Shown: piece by piece, positions 39,892 to 49,588 of the stretch
Layout: each line of letters begins with the position of its first letter
Numbering within the stretch: the first letter of the stretch is position 1
IMG/VR virus record: IMGVR_UViG_3300022200_000021
Reading direction: 5' to 3' (one strand)
DNA from: an uncultured virus (IMG/VR IMGVR_UViG_3300022200_000021)
Lineage: Duplodnaviria; Heunggongvirae; Uroviricota; Caudoviricetes
DNA length: 64,000 bases
Notes under the pieces: generated by a model
What the model saw: only the letters and a program-made list of their open reading frames with translations
The model's database searches: none
What the model was told of the DNA's origin: nothing
Made by a program: the position numbers and the translations under genes

Positions 39892-40730
39892 TTATGTTCT
39901 AACCAATTAACTAATTTTTCGTACAATTTTTTGTTAAATATTTTCCAAACAGCAGTACGGTTACGATCATCTTTAATATTTGAAAACTTTTTCTTGTATG
40001 TATGATAGCTATCACTAGGGATTATTTTTTTACCAAATAGGCTGTCTAAACCATGTTTCACAGCAGTTAATTGATTTTGAACAGTTTGATAAGGATCGTC
40101 AAACTGTTTTGCATGTAAAATGATATCAGAAGCAACAGATTGTGCAAATGCATCAATTTCATATCTTAATGCTAAGTAGTTAGTGTCGTTGTCAGAATTT
40201 TTTAGATTACTAGGTTTAGCAGTTATTTGGTGGTCTTTGTTTTTAGTTCGAGCTAATTGAATCAAATGAGTTAGTTCGTGTGAAATTACTGATATTAATT
40301 CATCACGGGTAGTATTCTTGTTAACTTTTTGTGGAACCTCGAGATATAGCTCACATACTAGAAAGTAGTCTAAACTGTGCGGTGATTTGCTCAATTTGAA
40401 AGGTTTTTTTGAAAACCACCCAGAAACTGAAACATCGTCTGCAAATGTATTAGTATTAATAACTAGTCGTAACTTATGACCTAAATAGTGTTGATCTTTT
40501 ATGAAATTTAAATTATCTTTTAATACTTTGTTAATAGTAGGATGAAGGGTTTTGCGTAGGATTTCAAGTTTCCCTTTTTCTTCTTTAATTCGATCTCGCC
40601 GATCGTACTGAACACTTAATTGACCATTACTAACTATATTAAACCATTTGTCTACTGCTCGTTCGATTTTAGAAAAAATTTCATTACTTAATATAATTTT
40701 TTCTATTAATAGTTGTTTTAGTGATAACAT
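39888..40730 (-). CDS. HExxH metallopeptidase-like protein, paralog family
   Basis: SHELTHLIQ...YLALRYEIDAFAQ; minus-strand GGAG RBS and late motif. Confidence 0.7.
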   Translation of the reverse strand: MLSLKQLLIEKIILSNEIFSKIERAVDKWFNIVSNGQLSVQYDRRDRIKEEKGKLEILRKTLHPTINKVLKDNLNFIKDQHYLGHKLRLVINTNTFADDVSVSGWFSKKPFKLSKSPHSLDYFLVCELYLEVPQKVNKNTTRDELISVISHELTHLIQLARTKNKDHQITAKPSNLKNSDNDTNYLALRYEIDAFAQSVASDIILHAKQFDDPYQTVQNQLTAVKHGLDSLFGKKIIPSDSYHTYKKKFSNIKDDRNRTAVWKIFNKKLYEKLVNWLEHN

Positions 40731-40761
40731 TTGTACTCCTGTATAGTATTAACTATTTAGC

Positions 40762-40790
40762 TTGACAGAAGTAAAAAAATGCTATATAAT
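40762..40790 (+). promoter_or_regulatory. Sigma70-type promoter
   Basis: TTGACA-17 nt-TATAAT. Confidence 0.88.
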
Positions 40791-40822
40791 ATATACATAT
40801 ATGTTTTAATAAAAAATAAAAG

Positions 40823-41029
40823 GTGAAATTAATGACTGATATTATACTTGCTATTATTATAATTTGTAGTTTAGCAGTAATGGTTGGAATGACCATTTCA
40901 AATAATGAAATTACTATTAAAGATATTGAATGGGCTACTTCTGTTTGTGAAAAGAACGAAGGAATTAGCACAATTAGTTATAGCACTGTTACCTGCAAAA
41001 ATTCCGCAATGTTTAAAAAACCTGAATAA
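40823..41029 (+). CDS. Small membrane-anchored protein
   Basis: N-terminal TM segment; CEKNEG...C. Confidence 0.55.
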   Translation: MKLMTDIILAIIIICSLAVMVGMTISNNEITIKDIEWATSVCEKNEGISTISYSTVTCKNSAMFKKPE

Positions 41030-41203
41030 ATGATAGCATGTACATGTAGAAATATATCAGAAGAAGACTACCCGTCCCTTAGTGAGTTAATTAATAGACT
41101 TGAGGGAAGTGACCGAAAATGTTCTTTCTGCATTATCTATTACAAAAAAATGAAATCAACTAATAACGATAGTGAACATACAGAACAACATAGTTCACTC
41201 TAA
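41030..41203 (+). CDS. Bfd-like [2Fe-2S] ferredoxin-type small protein (not in track)
   Basis: MIACTCRNISE...KCSFC, i.e. CxC...CxxC. Confidence 0.55.
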   Translation: MIACTCRNISEEDYPSLSELINRLEGSDRKCSFCIIYYKKMKSTNNDSEHTEQHSSL

Positions 41204-41223
41204 CTTCTTATCAAGGAAATTAC

Positions 41224-43011
41224 ATGAATAATGATTTTAAAATTTTAAGTGACGCTTCCCATATTAGAAAGAGATTTTCTATGTATGGAGGAAGTCAAGT
41301 TTCTCAAGAAGAAACAGTGTTTGCAGATGCTGAATTTACAAAAGTAAATATTGTTGGGGGATTACTAAAGATTATTAATGAAATTATAGATAATTCGGTA
41401 GACGAACATGTAAGAACTAATCGCAAATATGCTAATAAAATTGATATTACTATAGATAATTATGGCATAGTTACAGTATCTGACAATGGAAGGGGGATCC
41501 CCAGCAATAAAATTGAAACTCCAGACGGTTTAGAATACCAAATGGTTGCAGCATTTACTAGGGCAAGAGCAGGATCAAATTTTGATGATTCTAATCGAGA
41601 ATCAATTGGTATGAATGGCGTAGGATCAATGATTACATTTGTAACAACGGAAATGTTTCATGCAACATCTTCTGATGGTACTACAGAAGTTCAATTAGTT
41701 GGTTCACGAGGTCAAATTAAGACAGTTAACACTAAAGCATCGTCGCATAAAGGTACAACTGTTAAATTTAAACCAGATTATAGTTTTTTTGGTATTACAA
41801 ATATAGATCAAGATCATGTTAAAATGATCGAAGAACGTGTAAAATCGTTAGCATTAGCGTTTGATACAATTAAATTCAAATTTAATAACCAAGTAGTTAA
41901 AGTAAAATTTGAAGACTTTTTTGGAAAATGCGATCAGTTTCAAACAGAAAAAGCATTGTTTGGTATTACAAAATCAGATGGAGCATTTCAAACATATTCA
42001 GTAGTTAATGGATTAGGCATTAAAGCAGGTACACACATTGACTACTTTACAAATGCTGTTATTTCCGAATTTAGGGAAGTATTAAAAAAGAAAAAGAAAG
42101 TTGATATTACTGCTGCTAGATTGAAACAACATTTAAGAGTTCATGCAATTATTAATAATTTCCCTGCATTAAAATTTGATTCACAAACAAAAGAACGAAT
42201 TACAAATTCCGCTACAGAGTGTCGAGATGCGATTGGCGAGTTTGATGTAACGAAGATAGTAAAAAAGCTTTTAACTAATGAAGAATTAATTGATGAAATT
42301 TGTGCGTACACTAGGCTACAGGAAGAATTAGCTGCTAAAAAAGATCTTAATAAGCTAGAAAAGAAAAAGAAAATAGCGTCTGATAAATACTTTCCTGCAA
42401 TTGGTGGCACAAAACGTATACTAATTGTTGAAGGTGACTCAGCTTCGGGCGGTCTTATTAAGTGTCTCGGTAGGAAAGGTAACGCATTTTATGCGTTGAA
42501 AGGAGTTCCACTAAACGTTCTAGAAGTGTCCCATCAAAAGTTTATGGCTAACAAAGAACTATCTGAGTTGTATGCTATTATAACTACTTTCCCAGAAGCA
42601 GAAATTTGTATCGCAACTGATGCAGATGCAGACGGCTCTAGAATTAGAGGTTTAGTGGCGTTATTTATGTTTAAGTTTTTTCCAGACCATTTAAATAACG
42701 GACTCCTTAAAATTCTAAGAACTCCGATTGCTATTGGAAAAAAGAATAACAAAGTTAAAGAGTGGGCATATACATTTAGCGACGTGTCAAAGTTAGATAA
42801 CAAATTAGATATACAATATCAAAAAGGATTAGGTTCATGGAGTGAAAGAGATTTAAAAGATATTATTGCAATTGATACTTTAGCAAGTATGTTACCTACA
42901 GTTTCAATTACAGATACAGAACTGTTTAATCAATGGTTTTCTGGAAGTACAACAACATTTAGAAAAGATCAAATTTTACAAGCAGCTCCATTTAATATAA
43001 TGCACATATAG
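41224..43011 (+). CDS. Type IIA topoisomerase, ATPase/TOPRIM subunit (T4 gp39+60-like)
   Basis: EIIDNSVDE, DNGRGIP, GMNGVG, EGDSA, DADADG, KGLGS. Confidence 0.95.
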   Translation: MNNDFKILSDASHIRKRFSMYGGSQVSQEETVFADAEFTKVNIVGGLLKIINEIIDNSVDEHVRTNRKYANKIDITIDNYGIVTVSDNGRGIPSNKIETPDGLEYQMVAAFTRARAGSNFDDSNRESIGMNGVGSMITFVTTEMFHATSSDGTTEVQLVGSRGQIKTVNTKASSHKGTTVKFKPDYSFFGITNIDQDHVKMIEERVKSLALAFDTIKFKFNNQVVKVKFEDFFGKCDQFQTEKALFGITKSDGAFQTYSVVNGLGIKAGTHIDYFTNAVISEFREVLKKKKKVDITAARLKQHLRVHAIINNFPALKFDSQTKERITNSATECRDAIGEFDVTKIVKKLLTNEELIDEICAYTRLQEELAAKKDLNKLEKKKKIASDKYFPAIGGTKRILIVEGDSASGGLIKCLGRKGNAFYALKGVPLNVLEVSHQKFMANKELSELYAIITTFPEAEICIATDADADGSRIRGLVALFMFKFFPDHLNNGLLKILRTPIAIGKKNNKVKEWAYTFSDVSKLDNKLDIQYQKGLGSWSERDLKDIIAIDTLASMLPTVSITDTELFNQWFSGSTTTFRKDQILQAAPFNIMHI

Positions 43012-43018
43012 GAAAACA

Positions 43019-44350
43019 ATGAATACACATACATTACCATTGGAAGACTTTTTCAAAGATGAATATATTTCATTTTCAGTTTATGATAATGTTCGTAAAT
43101 TAGGAAGTTATATTGATGGGCAAAAAAATGCTTCTCGTAAAATACTTCACACTGTTATTAGACAAAATATTGATAAATTTGTAAAAGTATCAAATTTAGG
43201 TCCTAAAGTTCAAGACTATGCACAATACTTGCATGGTTCTCTGGAAAGTACTATTGTAAATATGACTGCGGATTACGTAGGTTCGGGTAATAATTTACCT
43301 TTATTAGAAGGCGATGGTAATTTTGGTAGTACGTTTATTCCAGATGCTTCAGCTACACGTTACATTTTTGCAAGAATGAATCCCATTCTTAAATCAATAT
43401 TTATTAAAGACGATTATGAAATATTAAATCATCAATTATTTGAAAATGAATCTATTGAACCTAGATTCTACGTTCCTGTATTACCATTAATTGCAATTAA
43501 TGGATCGGAAGGTGTGTCAATTGGATTTGCACAGAAAATTCTGCCAAGAGATCCAAAACAAATCTTAAAGTGGGTTAAGCAACGAACAAAAATTAGAAAA
43601 CCTAAAGTTAATTTAACACCACATTGGAATGGAATGAAGTGTACTGTTGAATCAGGAGAGTTAGATACACAATGGATTATTAAAGGAAATTTTTATCGAA
43701 AGTCAAAACACAGATTAGTAATTGATGCCCTTCCAATTGGATATACATTAAAACAATATCAAGCAGTTTTGGATAAATTAGTTGATGATAAAGACATTAA
43801 AGATTACGACGACTTGTCAGATAACGACGAATTTTTATTTGAAATTCTAGTAGATAGACAGTTTAGCGAACGAGACGATGAGTGGATTCTTAATAAACTT
43901 AAATTAGTAAAAAAAATAACAGAAAACTTTACTTGTATAGATGAAGATAATAAAATAATTATATTTAATTCAATTGATGAGTTATTAAATGCATGGTATG
44001 AAAAACGGATTGAATTTAATAATTTAAGAAAGCAACATGTACTACAACAAATGCAAGTTGATTTAGATTATATTACAGCAAAGTCTATTTTTATATCAGG
44101 AGTAGTTAATGGTAAAATTGAGCTACGCAATAAAAAAGAGCAAGATGTTATTTTACAAGCAGAAAAATATAATCAACTGTTAACACCGTATATTCAAAAA
44201 TTCTTATCTCTCCCAATGAAGTCGTTAACTGAGGAAGAAATTGCTAAGTTGAATGCTAAATCTGCAGATTTGCACTCTAAAATTATAGAATATGGAACAT
44301 TTACTTTTGAAGAAATTTTACTTAAAGACGCACTTAACATTACTATTTAA
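43019..44350 (+). CDS. Type IIA topoisomerase, cleavage subunit (T4 gp52-like)
   Basis: IDGQK..RKIL, YLHG, GNFG, SATRY (catalytic Tyr), EP.FYVP. Confidence 0.95.
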   Translation: MNTHTLPLEDFFKDEYISFSVYDNVRKLGSYIDGQKNASRKILHTVIRQNIDKFVKVSNLGPKVQDYAQYLHGSLESTIVNMTADYVGSGNNLPLLEGDGNFGSTFIPDASATRYIFARMNPILKSIFIKDDYEILNHQLFENESIEPRFYVPVLPLIAINGSEGVSIGFAQKILPRDPKQILKWVKQRTKIRKPKVNLTPHWNGMKCTVESGELDTQWIIKGNFYRKSKHRLVIDALPIGYTLKQYQAVLDKLVDDKDIKDYDDLSDNDEFLFEILVDRQFSERDDEWILNKLKLVKKITENFTCIDEDNKIIIFNSIDELLNAWYEKRIEFNNLRKQHVLQQMQVDLDYITAKSIFISGVVNGKIELRNKKEQDVILQAEKYNQLLTPYIQKFLSLPMKSLTEEEIAKLNAKSADLHSKIIEYGTFTFEEILLKDALNITI

Positions 44351-44364
44351 TAAATAGTAATACT

Positions 44365-44622
44365 ATGCTCAAAAAATTACACACATGGCAAAAATATGTA
44401 GTTATTAGTAACATTGTAGTTATACTATGCTTTGTTGGGCTTTACGTATTTACATTACATGACAAATTTATATTGTCTACAGCCTTGTTTTCAGTAATAT
44501 GGTGTACTTGGACGCTGTTTCATACGTTAAAAGTTTATAAGATACTAACATCTGCGTCGAAAAATATTACCAAAATATATACTGAAATAAAAAATATTCG
44601 TAAATCATTTAGTAATGATTAA
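44365..44622 (+). CDS. Two-TM membrane protein
   Basis: Two hydrophobic segments. Confidence 0.5.
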   Translation: MLKKLHTWQKYVVISNIVVILCFVGLYVFTLHDKFILSTALFSVIWCTWTLFHTLKVYKILTSASKNITKIYTEIKNIRKSFSND

Positions 44623-44648
44623 TTTAAACTTTAAATATAGGATAAATC

Positions 44649-45284
44649 ATGTTTAGTTTTTTTAAAAAATCAAAAAAAGTAGTAGAATTGCCAGTAGTAG
44701 AAGATATTCCAGTTACTCCTGACGTTGAACCACAGGAACAAAAGCCGATTTGGTCAATTGATAAGACATTTAATTTTGAAATGGGACATCGTGTATGGTC
44801 TCAAAAGTTGGAGCATGAGGATTTAAGTATAACAACAGATTGTGCATGTAAACATTTACATGGACATTCATACGAAGTAAAAATTGAGTTATCATCATCT
44901 GAATTAGACCAGTCGTTTATGGTAACTGATTTCAAAAATTTAAACTTTATGAAACAGTTTTTAGATGAAATATTAGATCATAAATTTATGGTTGATATTA
45001 ATGATCCAAATTGTATGATAATTACTACAGTAAGTCCGTATGATATTGCAATTAAAGAAAACTTTCTTAAAAATAAGATTATTCATTTAGGAGCTGAATT
45101 TCCGGTAGATGATGAAAATTTACAATTACACCGTGATAGTTTTGTTATTGTTGATTTTTGTCCTACAAGTGAAAACATTTGTAAATTTTTAAAAGATTAT
45201 GCACAATCAAAAATCGGTAATATAGCAACTGTATCTGCAGTAGAATTATGGGAAACTAAAAAAAGTCATTGCAGATATGGGTAA
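44649..45284 (+). CDS. queD: 6-carboxy-5,6,7,8-tetrahydropterin synthase (QueD/PTPS)
   Basis: FEMGHR, CKHLHGHSY, DF, LDH, PTSENI, WET. Confidence 0.88.
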   Translation: MFSFFKKSKKVVELPVVEDIPVTPDVEPQEQKPIWSIDKTFNFEMGHRVWSQKLEHEDLSITTDCACKHLHGHSYEVKIELSSSELDQSFMVTDFKNLNFMKQFLDEILDHKFMVDINDPNCMIITTVSPYDIAIKENFLKNKIIHLGAEFPVDDENLQLHRDSFVIVDFCPTSENICKFLKDYAQSKIGNIATVSAVELWETKKSHCRYG

Positions 45285-45287
45285 AAC

Positions 45288-45995
45288 ATGGGAAAAAGAT
45301 ATGTAGTTTGCCTAAAGTATGGAGAGAAATATAGCTCAACGTATGTAAACAAATTATATAACATGATCCAACGTAATTTAACATTGGATCATGAATTTGT
45401 ATGTTTTACTGACAACGACTTTAAAATTAATAAGAACATTAGAGTTGAACCACTATCATTAGAATATGATATTACAGGTTGGTGGTTTAAAACTCTAATG
45501 TTTAATCCCAATAATGTATTAAAAGGTACTATTCTCTTTTTAGATTTAGATCTAATTATATTTAAAAATATAAATTACTTGTTTACATATAATCCTTATG
45601 AATTTTTAATTATCCGAGACTTTAATCGATGTGTGATTAGAAATTATGAGAAGTTTAATTCAAGTGTATTTAGATTAGAAACAGGACAGCATAGTTACGT
45701 TTATACTGAATTTATGAAAAATCCTAAAAATGTAATGAATCGATTTTTAGGTGATCAAGATTGGATTAGATATTCAATTAAAAAGAATTATGAATTTTGG
45801 CCCGATGAATGGATACAAAGTTATAAATGGGAAATGCGTAACAAATCTCCGTTAGAAAAAGGAATTAAAGGAAAACGTGATTTTATAAAAAACGGAGATC
45901 CTATAATAAAAAAAGAAACTTCTATTGCAGTGTTTCATGGAGATCCAAATCCTCACAATTGTAAAGATCAATGGGTAATTGATAATTGGATTTAA
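45288..45995 (+). CDS. GT-A fold glycosyltransferase
   Basis: CLKYG.KY, WWFK, FLDLD, FNSSV, GDQDWI, VFHGDPNP. Confidence 0.8.
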   Translation: MGKRYVVCLKYGEKYSSTYVNKLYNMIQRNLTLDHEFVCFTDNDFKINKNIRVEPLSLEYDITGWWFKTLMFNPNNVLKGTILFLDLDLIIFKNINYLFTYNPYEFLIIRDFNRCVIRNYEKFNSSVFRLETGQHSYVYTEFMKNPKNVMNRFLGDQDWIRYSIKKNYEFWPDEWIQSYKWEMRNKSPLEKGIKGKRDFIKNGDPIIKKETSIAVFHGDPNPHNCKDQWVIDNWI

Positions 45996-46007
45996 CTAAA
46001 TACTGTA

Positions 46008-46829
46008 ATGAAAGTAAAAGATATCTTAGAAGCACGAAAACATTCGATATTAAATCCAAAAATATCTATTAATCAGCATATTAAAGATTACTTAGAAAAA
46101 GCAGGTACATTGCCTAACTCGACTATTAAAAATGCGTTTATTTCATTTACAAACATTGAGAAGTTAGGAATCAATCCTCAAACATCATACAACACTCCAG
46201 TTGGAATATACGCATATCCACTTGAATATGTATATAACATTATGAAAGATGGCAAATCTGCTTATTTTTTACCATTTGCAGGAACATCTCCGTATGCTAA
46301 TTTGTTTTCAGTTTCTGGAAATATTATCGATTTGCCATCAATATCCGAAGAACAAGTTTCTCATTACTACAAAGTCATAGAAGAACGTATTATCTATTCT
46401 TGGATTACTCAATACCTTGCACAAATGAAAGAAATTGACTATGAAATTAGTATCGAAGATGTTGATACATCATTTTTAGTAGAATATATAAACGAGTTGA
46501 AACAAAAAGTCTTTAAAACAGCGTTAAGATCAAAGTTACCAGGTGGTAGATTTTGGGCGTTTTGTTACGCAGTTCAGCATATTCCTTATTTACCAACACC
46601 AAAGTCAATTCCATCTGCACTAACTGTATTATTCACAAAACATCTTGGAATAGATGGTTTTATTGATAATACTGGAATCATACATCATAATGAACCGATT
46701 CAAGCACTTTTCTTTAAAACTTCTATCATTAAAAATAGAAAATTAGTAGATAACAAATATTCACCAATACAACCCACTAAAGCACAATTAGCACACGACG
46801 AAGAAGAATCTAATTGGGGATCGTACTAA
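46008..46829 (+). CDS. Hypothetical protein with MKVxD/ILE N-terminus
   Basis: Late motif 5 nt before the ATG; KLGINP..YNTPVGIYAYPL and GIIHHNEPIQA. Confidence 0.6.
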   Translation: MKVKDILEARKHSILNPKISINQHIKDYLEKAGTLPNSTIKNAFISFTNIEKLGINPQTSYNTPVGIYAYPLEYVYNIMKDGKSAYFLPFAGTSPYANLFSVSGNIIDLPSISEEQVSHYYKVIEERIIYSWITQYLAQMKEIDYEISIEDVDTSFLVEYINELKQKVFKTALRSKLPGGRFWAFCYAVQHIPYLPTPKSIPSALTVLFTKHLGIDGFIDNTGIIHHNEPIQALFFKTSIIKNRKLVDNKYSPIQPTKAQLAHDEEESNWGSY

Positions 46830-46903
46830 TGTATATAATGTAATCAAATTGATACATATATTTATGCAGCAATTCAATGGTTAAATCGAACTTACAAAAA
46901 CTA

Positions 46904-46933
46904 TTGACAAATCAATAAAAACTACAGTATAAT
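46904..46933 (+). promoter_or_regulatory. Sigma70-type promoter
   Basis: TTGACA-18 nt-TATAAT. Confidence 0.8.
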
Positions 46934-47013
46934 GTACACTATGTTGTATAGTACACATTACCTCTATGCTTAACATCAATCAAGCGCAATTCACTAACTT
47001 GGAAAAAATAATC

Positions 47014-48033
47014 ATGTTTAATCAAAATATCAAACGTCTAGGGTTTGCTTGTAAAATATCAGAAAAAGTAAAAAATAAAGTAGTTGCTGTACCTAATTTA
47101 AATTTTAAATCTACAACAGTTAAATGGTTATCTGAACAAACAGCATATGGTGTAAATGAACGGTTATGGTACTTAACACAGCATAACTTACTTGCATTAA
47201 AAAATGCAATTGAATATGTTTCAAAATTAGATCAAAGTTTAAGAATGTATCGTATAGGAAGTGATTGTCTTCCATTATATACTCATGAGCAGTTTCAACC
47301 GTTTTGGAAACAATCAGATGTTAGATCTCTATGCGAATCTGAATTATCAAAAATTGGAAAAATTGCAAGAGATAATGATATTAGATTATCAATGCATCCA
47401 GGTCAATTTACTGTTTTAGCAAGCGATAATGATGCTATTGTTGAAAATTCAATTAAAGAATTTGAATATCACACCGACATTGCTCGATGGATGGGATATG
47501 GAAAACAATTTCAAGATTTTAAAATTAATGTTCATATTTCAGGTAAACGTGGGCCTGATGGTATTAAACAAGTATTACCTAGACTATCGTCTGAAGCAAG
47601 GAATTGTATAACTATTGAAAATGACGAAAATAAATGGGGTATCGATGCTAGTTTAGAACTAGCTAATGATTGTGCATTAGTATTAGATATTCATCATCAT
47701 TTTGTTAACACTGGAGAATATATCAAACCAAATGACAGTCGATATCTACGTATTATAGATTCGTGGAACGGAGTAAGACCGGTAATTCATTATAGTTATA
47801 GTAGACACGAATTTGTAGGTCATATTGAAAATGACTTTCCAAATATGCAACTGTTGAAAGAGTCTGGATGTAAACGACAAAAGTTACGAGCGCATAGTGA
47901 TAATTACCCAAATCATACAGTAAATGAATGGGCATTGTCCTTTTCAAATACTGCCGATATTATGTGCGAATCAAAAAATAAAAATCTTGCAACAACTGAA
48001 CTTTATAATAAGTTTAAAGATCAGTTGATGTAA
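47014..48033 (+). CDS. uvsE: UV damage endonuclease
   Basis: RLGFAC, RLSMHPGQF, IENDE, DIHHH, HYS, RAHSD, MCESK; likely start 47014. Confidence 0.93.
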   Translation: MFNQNIKRLGFACKISEKVKNKVVAVPNLNFKSTTVKWLSEQTAYGVNERLWYLTQHNLLALKNAIEYVSKLDQSLRMYRIGSDCLPLYTHEQFQPFWKQSDVRSLCESELSKIGKIARDNDIRLSMHPGQFTVLASDNDAIVENSIKEFEYHTDIARWMGYGKQFQDFKINVHISGKRGPDGIKQVLPRLSSEARNCITIENDENKWGIDASLELANDCALVLDIHHHFVNTGEYIKPNDSRYLRIIDSWNGVRPVIHYSYSRHEFVGHIENDFPNMQLLKESGCKRQKLRAHSDNYPNHTVNEWALSFSNTADIMCESKNKNLATTELYNKFKDQLM

Positions 48034-48105
48034 CCAATTTTGCATAAATATTTCTATCTACAATAAACGTGCAATACATTGTACTAAAAATATAGGAAAT
48101 ATTTA

Positions 48106-48546
48106 ATGCATTTGAGTGAAATTATACATGGAGTAGTGCAATCTTATATTGCAGAAAATAAGCAAAAAAAGCCAATATATGATTTTATCAATCCATTGCC
48201 AGTTGCAAAAGGTAAAATTGTTTCAGATACAATGGATATAATCGACGAAGTGTATGAATATATGTATCCTGACGTTCCATTTGTACAAAGGAATATGTTA
48301 TATGGAACACGAATGGAAGTGCCAATTAAATCTATTAAGTGTATTGAAGAAAAACTAAGCTCCGAGCATATTAAAAATATCGTGAAAAATAAAGGCGATT
48401 CTTTTGAACCGCCTTTGCTATATCTTGCTAATGAAATATACTATGCAGCTGATGGCAACCATAGAATTGTCGCTAGTTATCTTCAAGGAAAGAAAACAAT
48501 ATATTGCAATGTATTAAGTTTAGATTTTTTCAATACTGAGGACTAA
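48106..48546 (+). CDS. ParB/Srx-like domain protein
   Basis: PPLLY...YAADGNHR. Confidence 0.7.
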   Translation: MHLSEIIHGVVQSYIAENKQKKPIYDFINPLPVAKGKIVSDTMDIIDEVYEYMYPDVPFVQRNMLYGTRMEVPIKSIKCIEEKLSSEHIKNIVKNKGDSFEPPLLYLANEIYYAADGNHRIVASYLQGKKTIYCNVLSLDFFNTED

Positions 48547-48547
48547 A

Positions 48548-49588
48548 ATGAAAATAAAAGATGTAATAATCGAAGCAGTAGATCATAGAGAGCTGCAAGT
48601 TAAACTTAAAGCAGCAATTTTACAAGCAATGGACGATACGCTTCGAGCATTGGTTAATCGATTAGAGGAAGACGATCCTACTGACGAGTTATTAGAACCC
48701 CCTATAAGCATGAGATCAGAACTTAACTTTAACGATCCAGACTCACTTTTTTCTACAATGTTAGATGCAATGTCTAATAGAATATATGAAAAAACATTAG
48801 TTAGAGTTCGGTTTGATGCGTTAGGACCGTCAATTCAAGCAAAAGCTGTTGGAAATGAATATATAGTCGTTAATATTAGCTTAATAATGGATATGGTGTC
48901 TGTTGTGATAGACTCTATGCATATGATGTTAACAGATGTGTTAGAACTAGATAGTCTAGGGTTTAACTACGATGATGATGAAGAAGAAGAAGAAGATGAA
49001 GATGCATACATTCCAACAGTAGGTGAAGCGATTTCGGTATTGAAAAAAATGTTTAATACTTGGAATTTTATGTTTAGAGAATATCGAGACGTGACAATTC
49101 CTTTTGTAACAACTCTTATCCATGAAATTGGACATTTTATCCAAATTTCAAGACAACTGCATTATCAAAAAAACGTAGACGCACTTGAGTACAGATCCTA
49201 CTTAATGAAGGATAAGAAAAAGTTTGCGGAACTAATGAAAAACAAAGACACTGATTACAAATTTAAATTATATTATGCTAGTCCTCAAGAAATAGCTGCG
49301 TATGCACAAGAATCTGCTTATGGGATTATTTTAGAGATTTTAGGTACTGTATTAGATTCTTCACTTGAAAACAAAGATTCTGTACGTGATGTTTTATTTA
49401 AGTTGGATCAAGCAATATTAGGCTTGTCAAATAATACAACAAGTTATCAGATTATTCAAACGTATCGAGATTTTTTCTATAAACCTGCAAATAAAAAAGA
49501 GTTTGCTATCTATAAACGATTCATTAAAATTGTATATCAACAATTAACACAATATAGAGCTAGTTTAATTGATCGTATATCGGAGTGA
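48548..49588 (+). CDS. HExxH metallopeptidase-like protein, paralog family
   Basis: IHEIGHFIQ...YRSYL...YYASPQEIAAYAQ. Confidence 0.7.
   Translation: MKIKDVIIEAVDHRELQVKLKAAILQAMDDTLRALVNRLEEDDPTDELLEPPISMRSELNFNDPDSLFSTMLDAMSNRIYEKTLVRVRFDALGPSIQAKAVGNEYIVVNISLIMDMVSVVIDSMHMMLTDVLELDSLGFNYDDDEEEEEDEDAYIPTVGEAISVLKKMFNTWNFMFREYRDVTIPFVTTLIHEIGHFIQISRQLHYQKNVDALEYRSYLMKDKKKFAELMKNKDTDYKFKLYYASPQEIAAYAQESAYGIILEILGTVLDSSLENKDSVRDVLFKLDQAILGLSNNTTSYQIIQTYRDFFYKPANKKEFAIYKRFIKIVYQQLTQYRASLIDRISE

Noticed and set aside
48971..49003. GAT/GAA run
   Set aside because: It simply encodes an acidic DDDEEEEEDED linker
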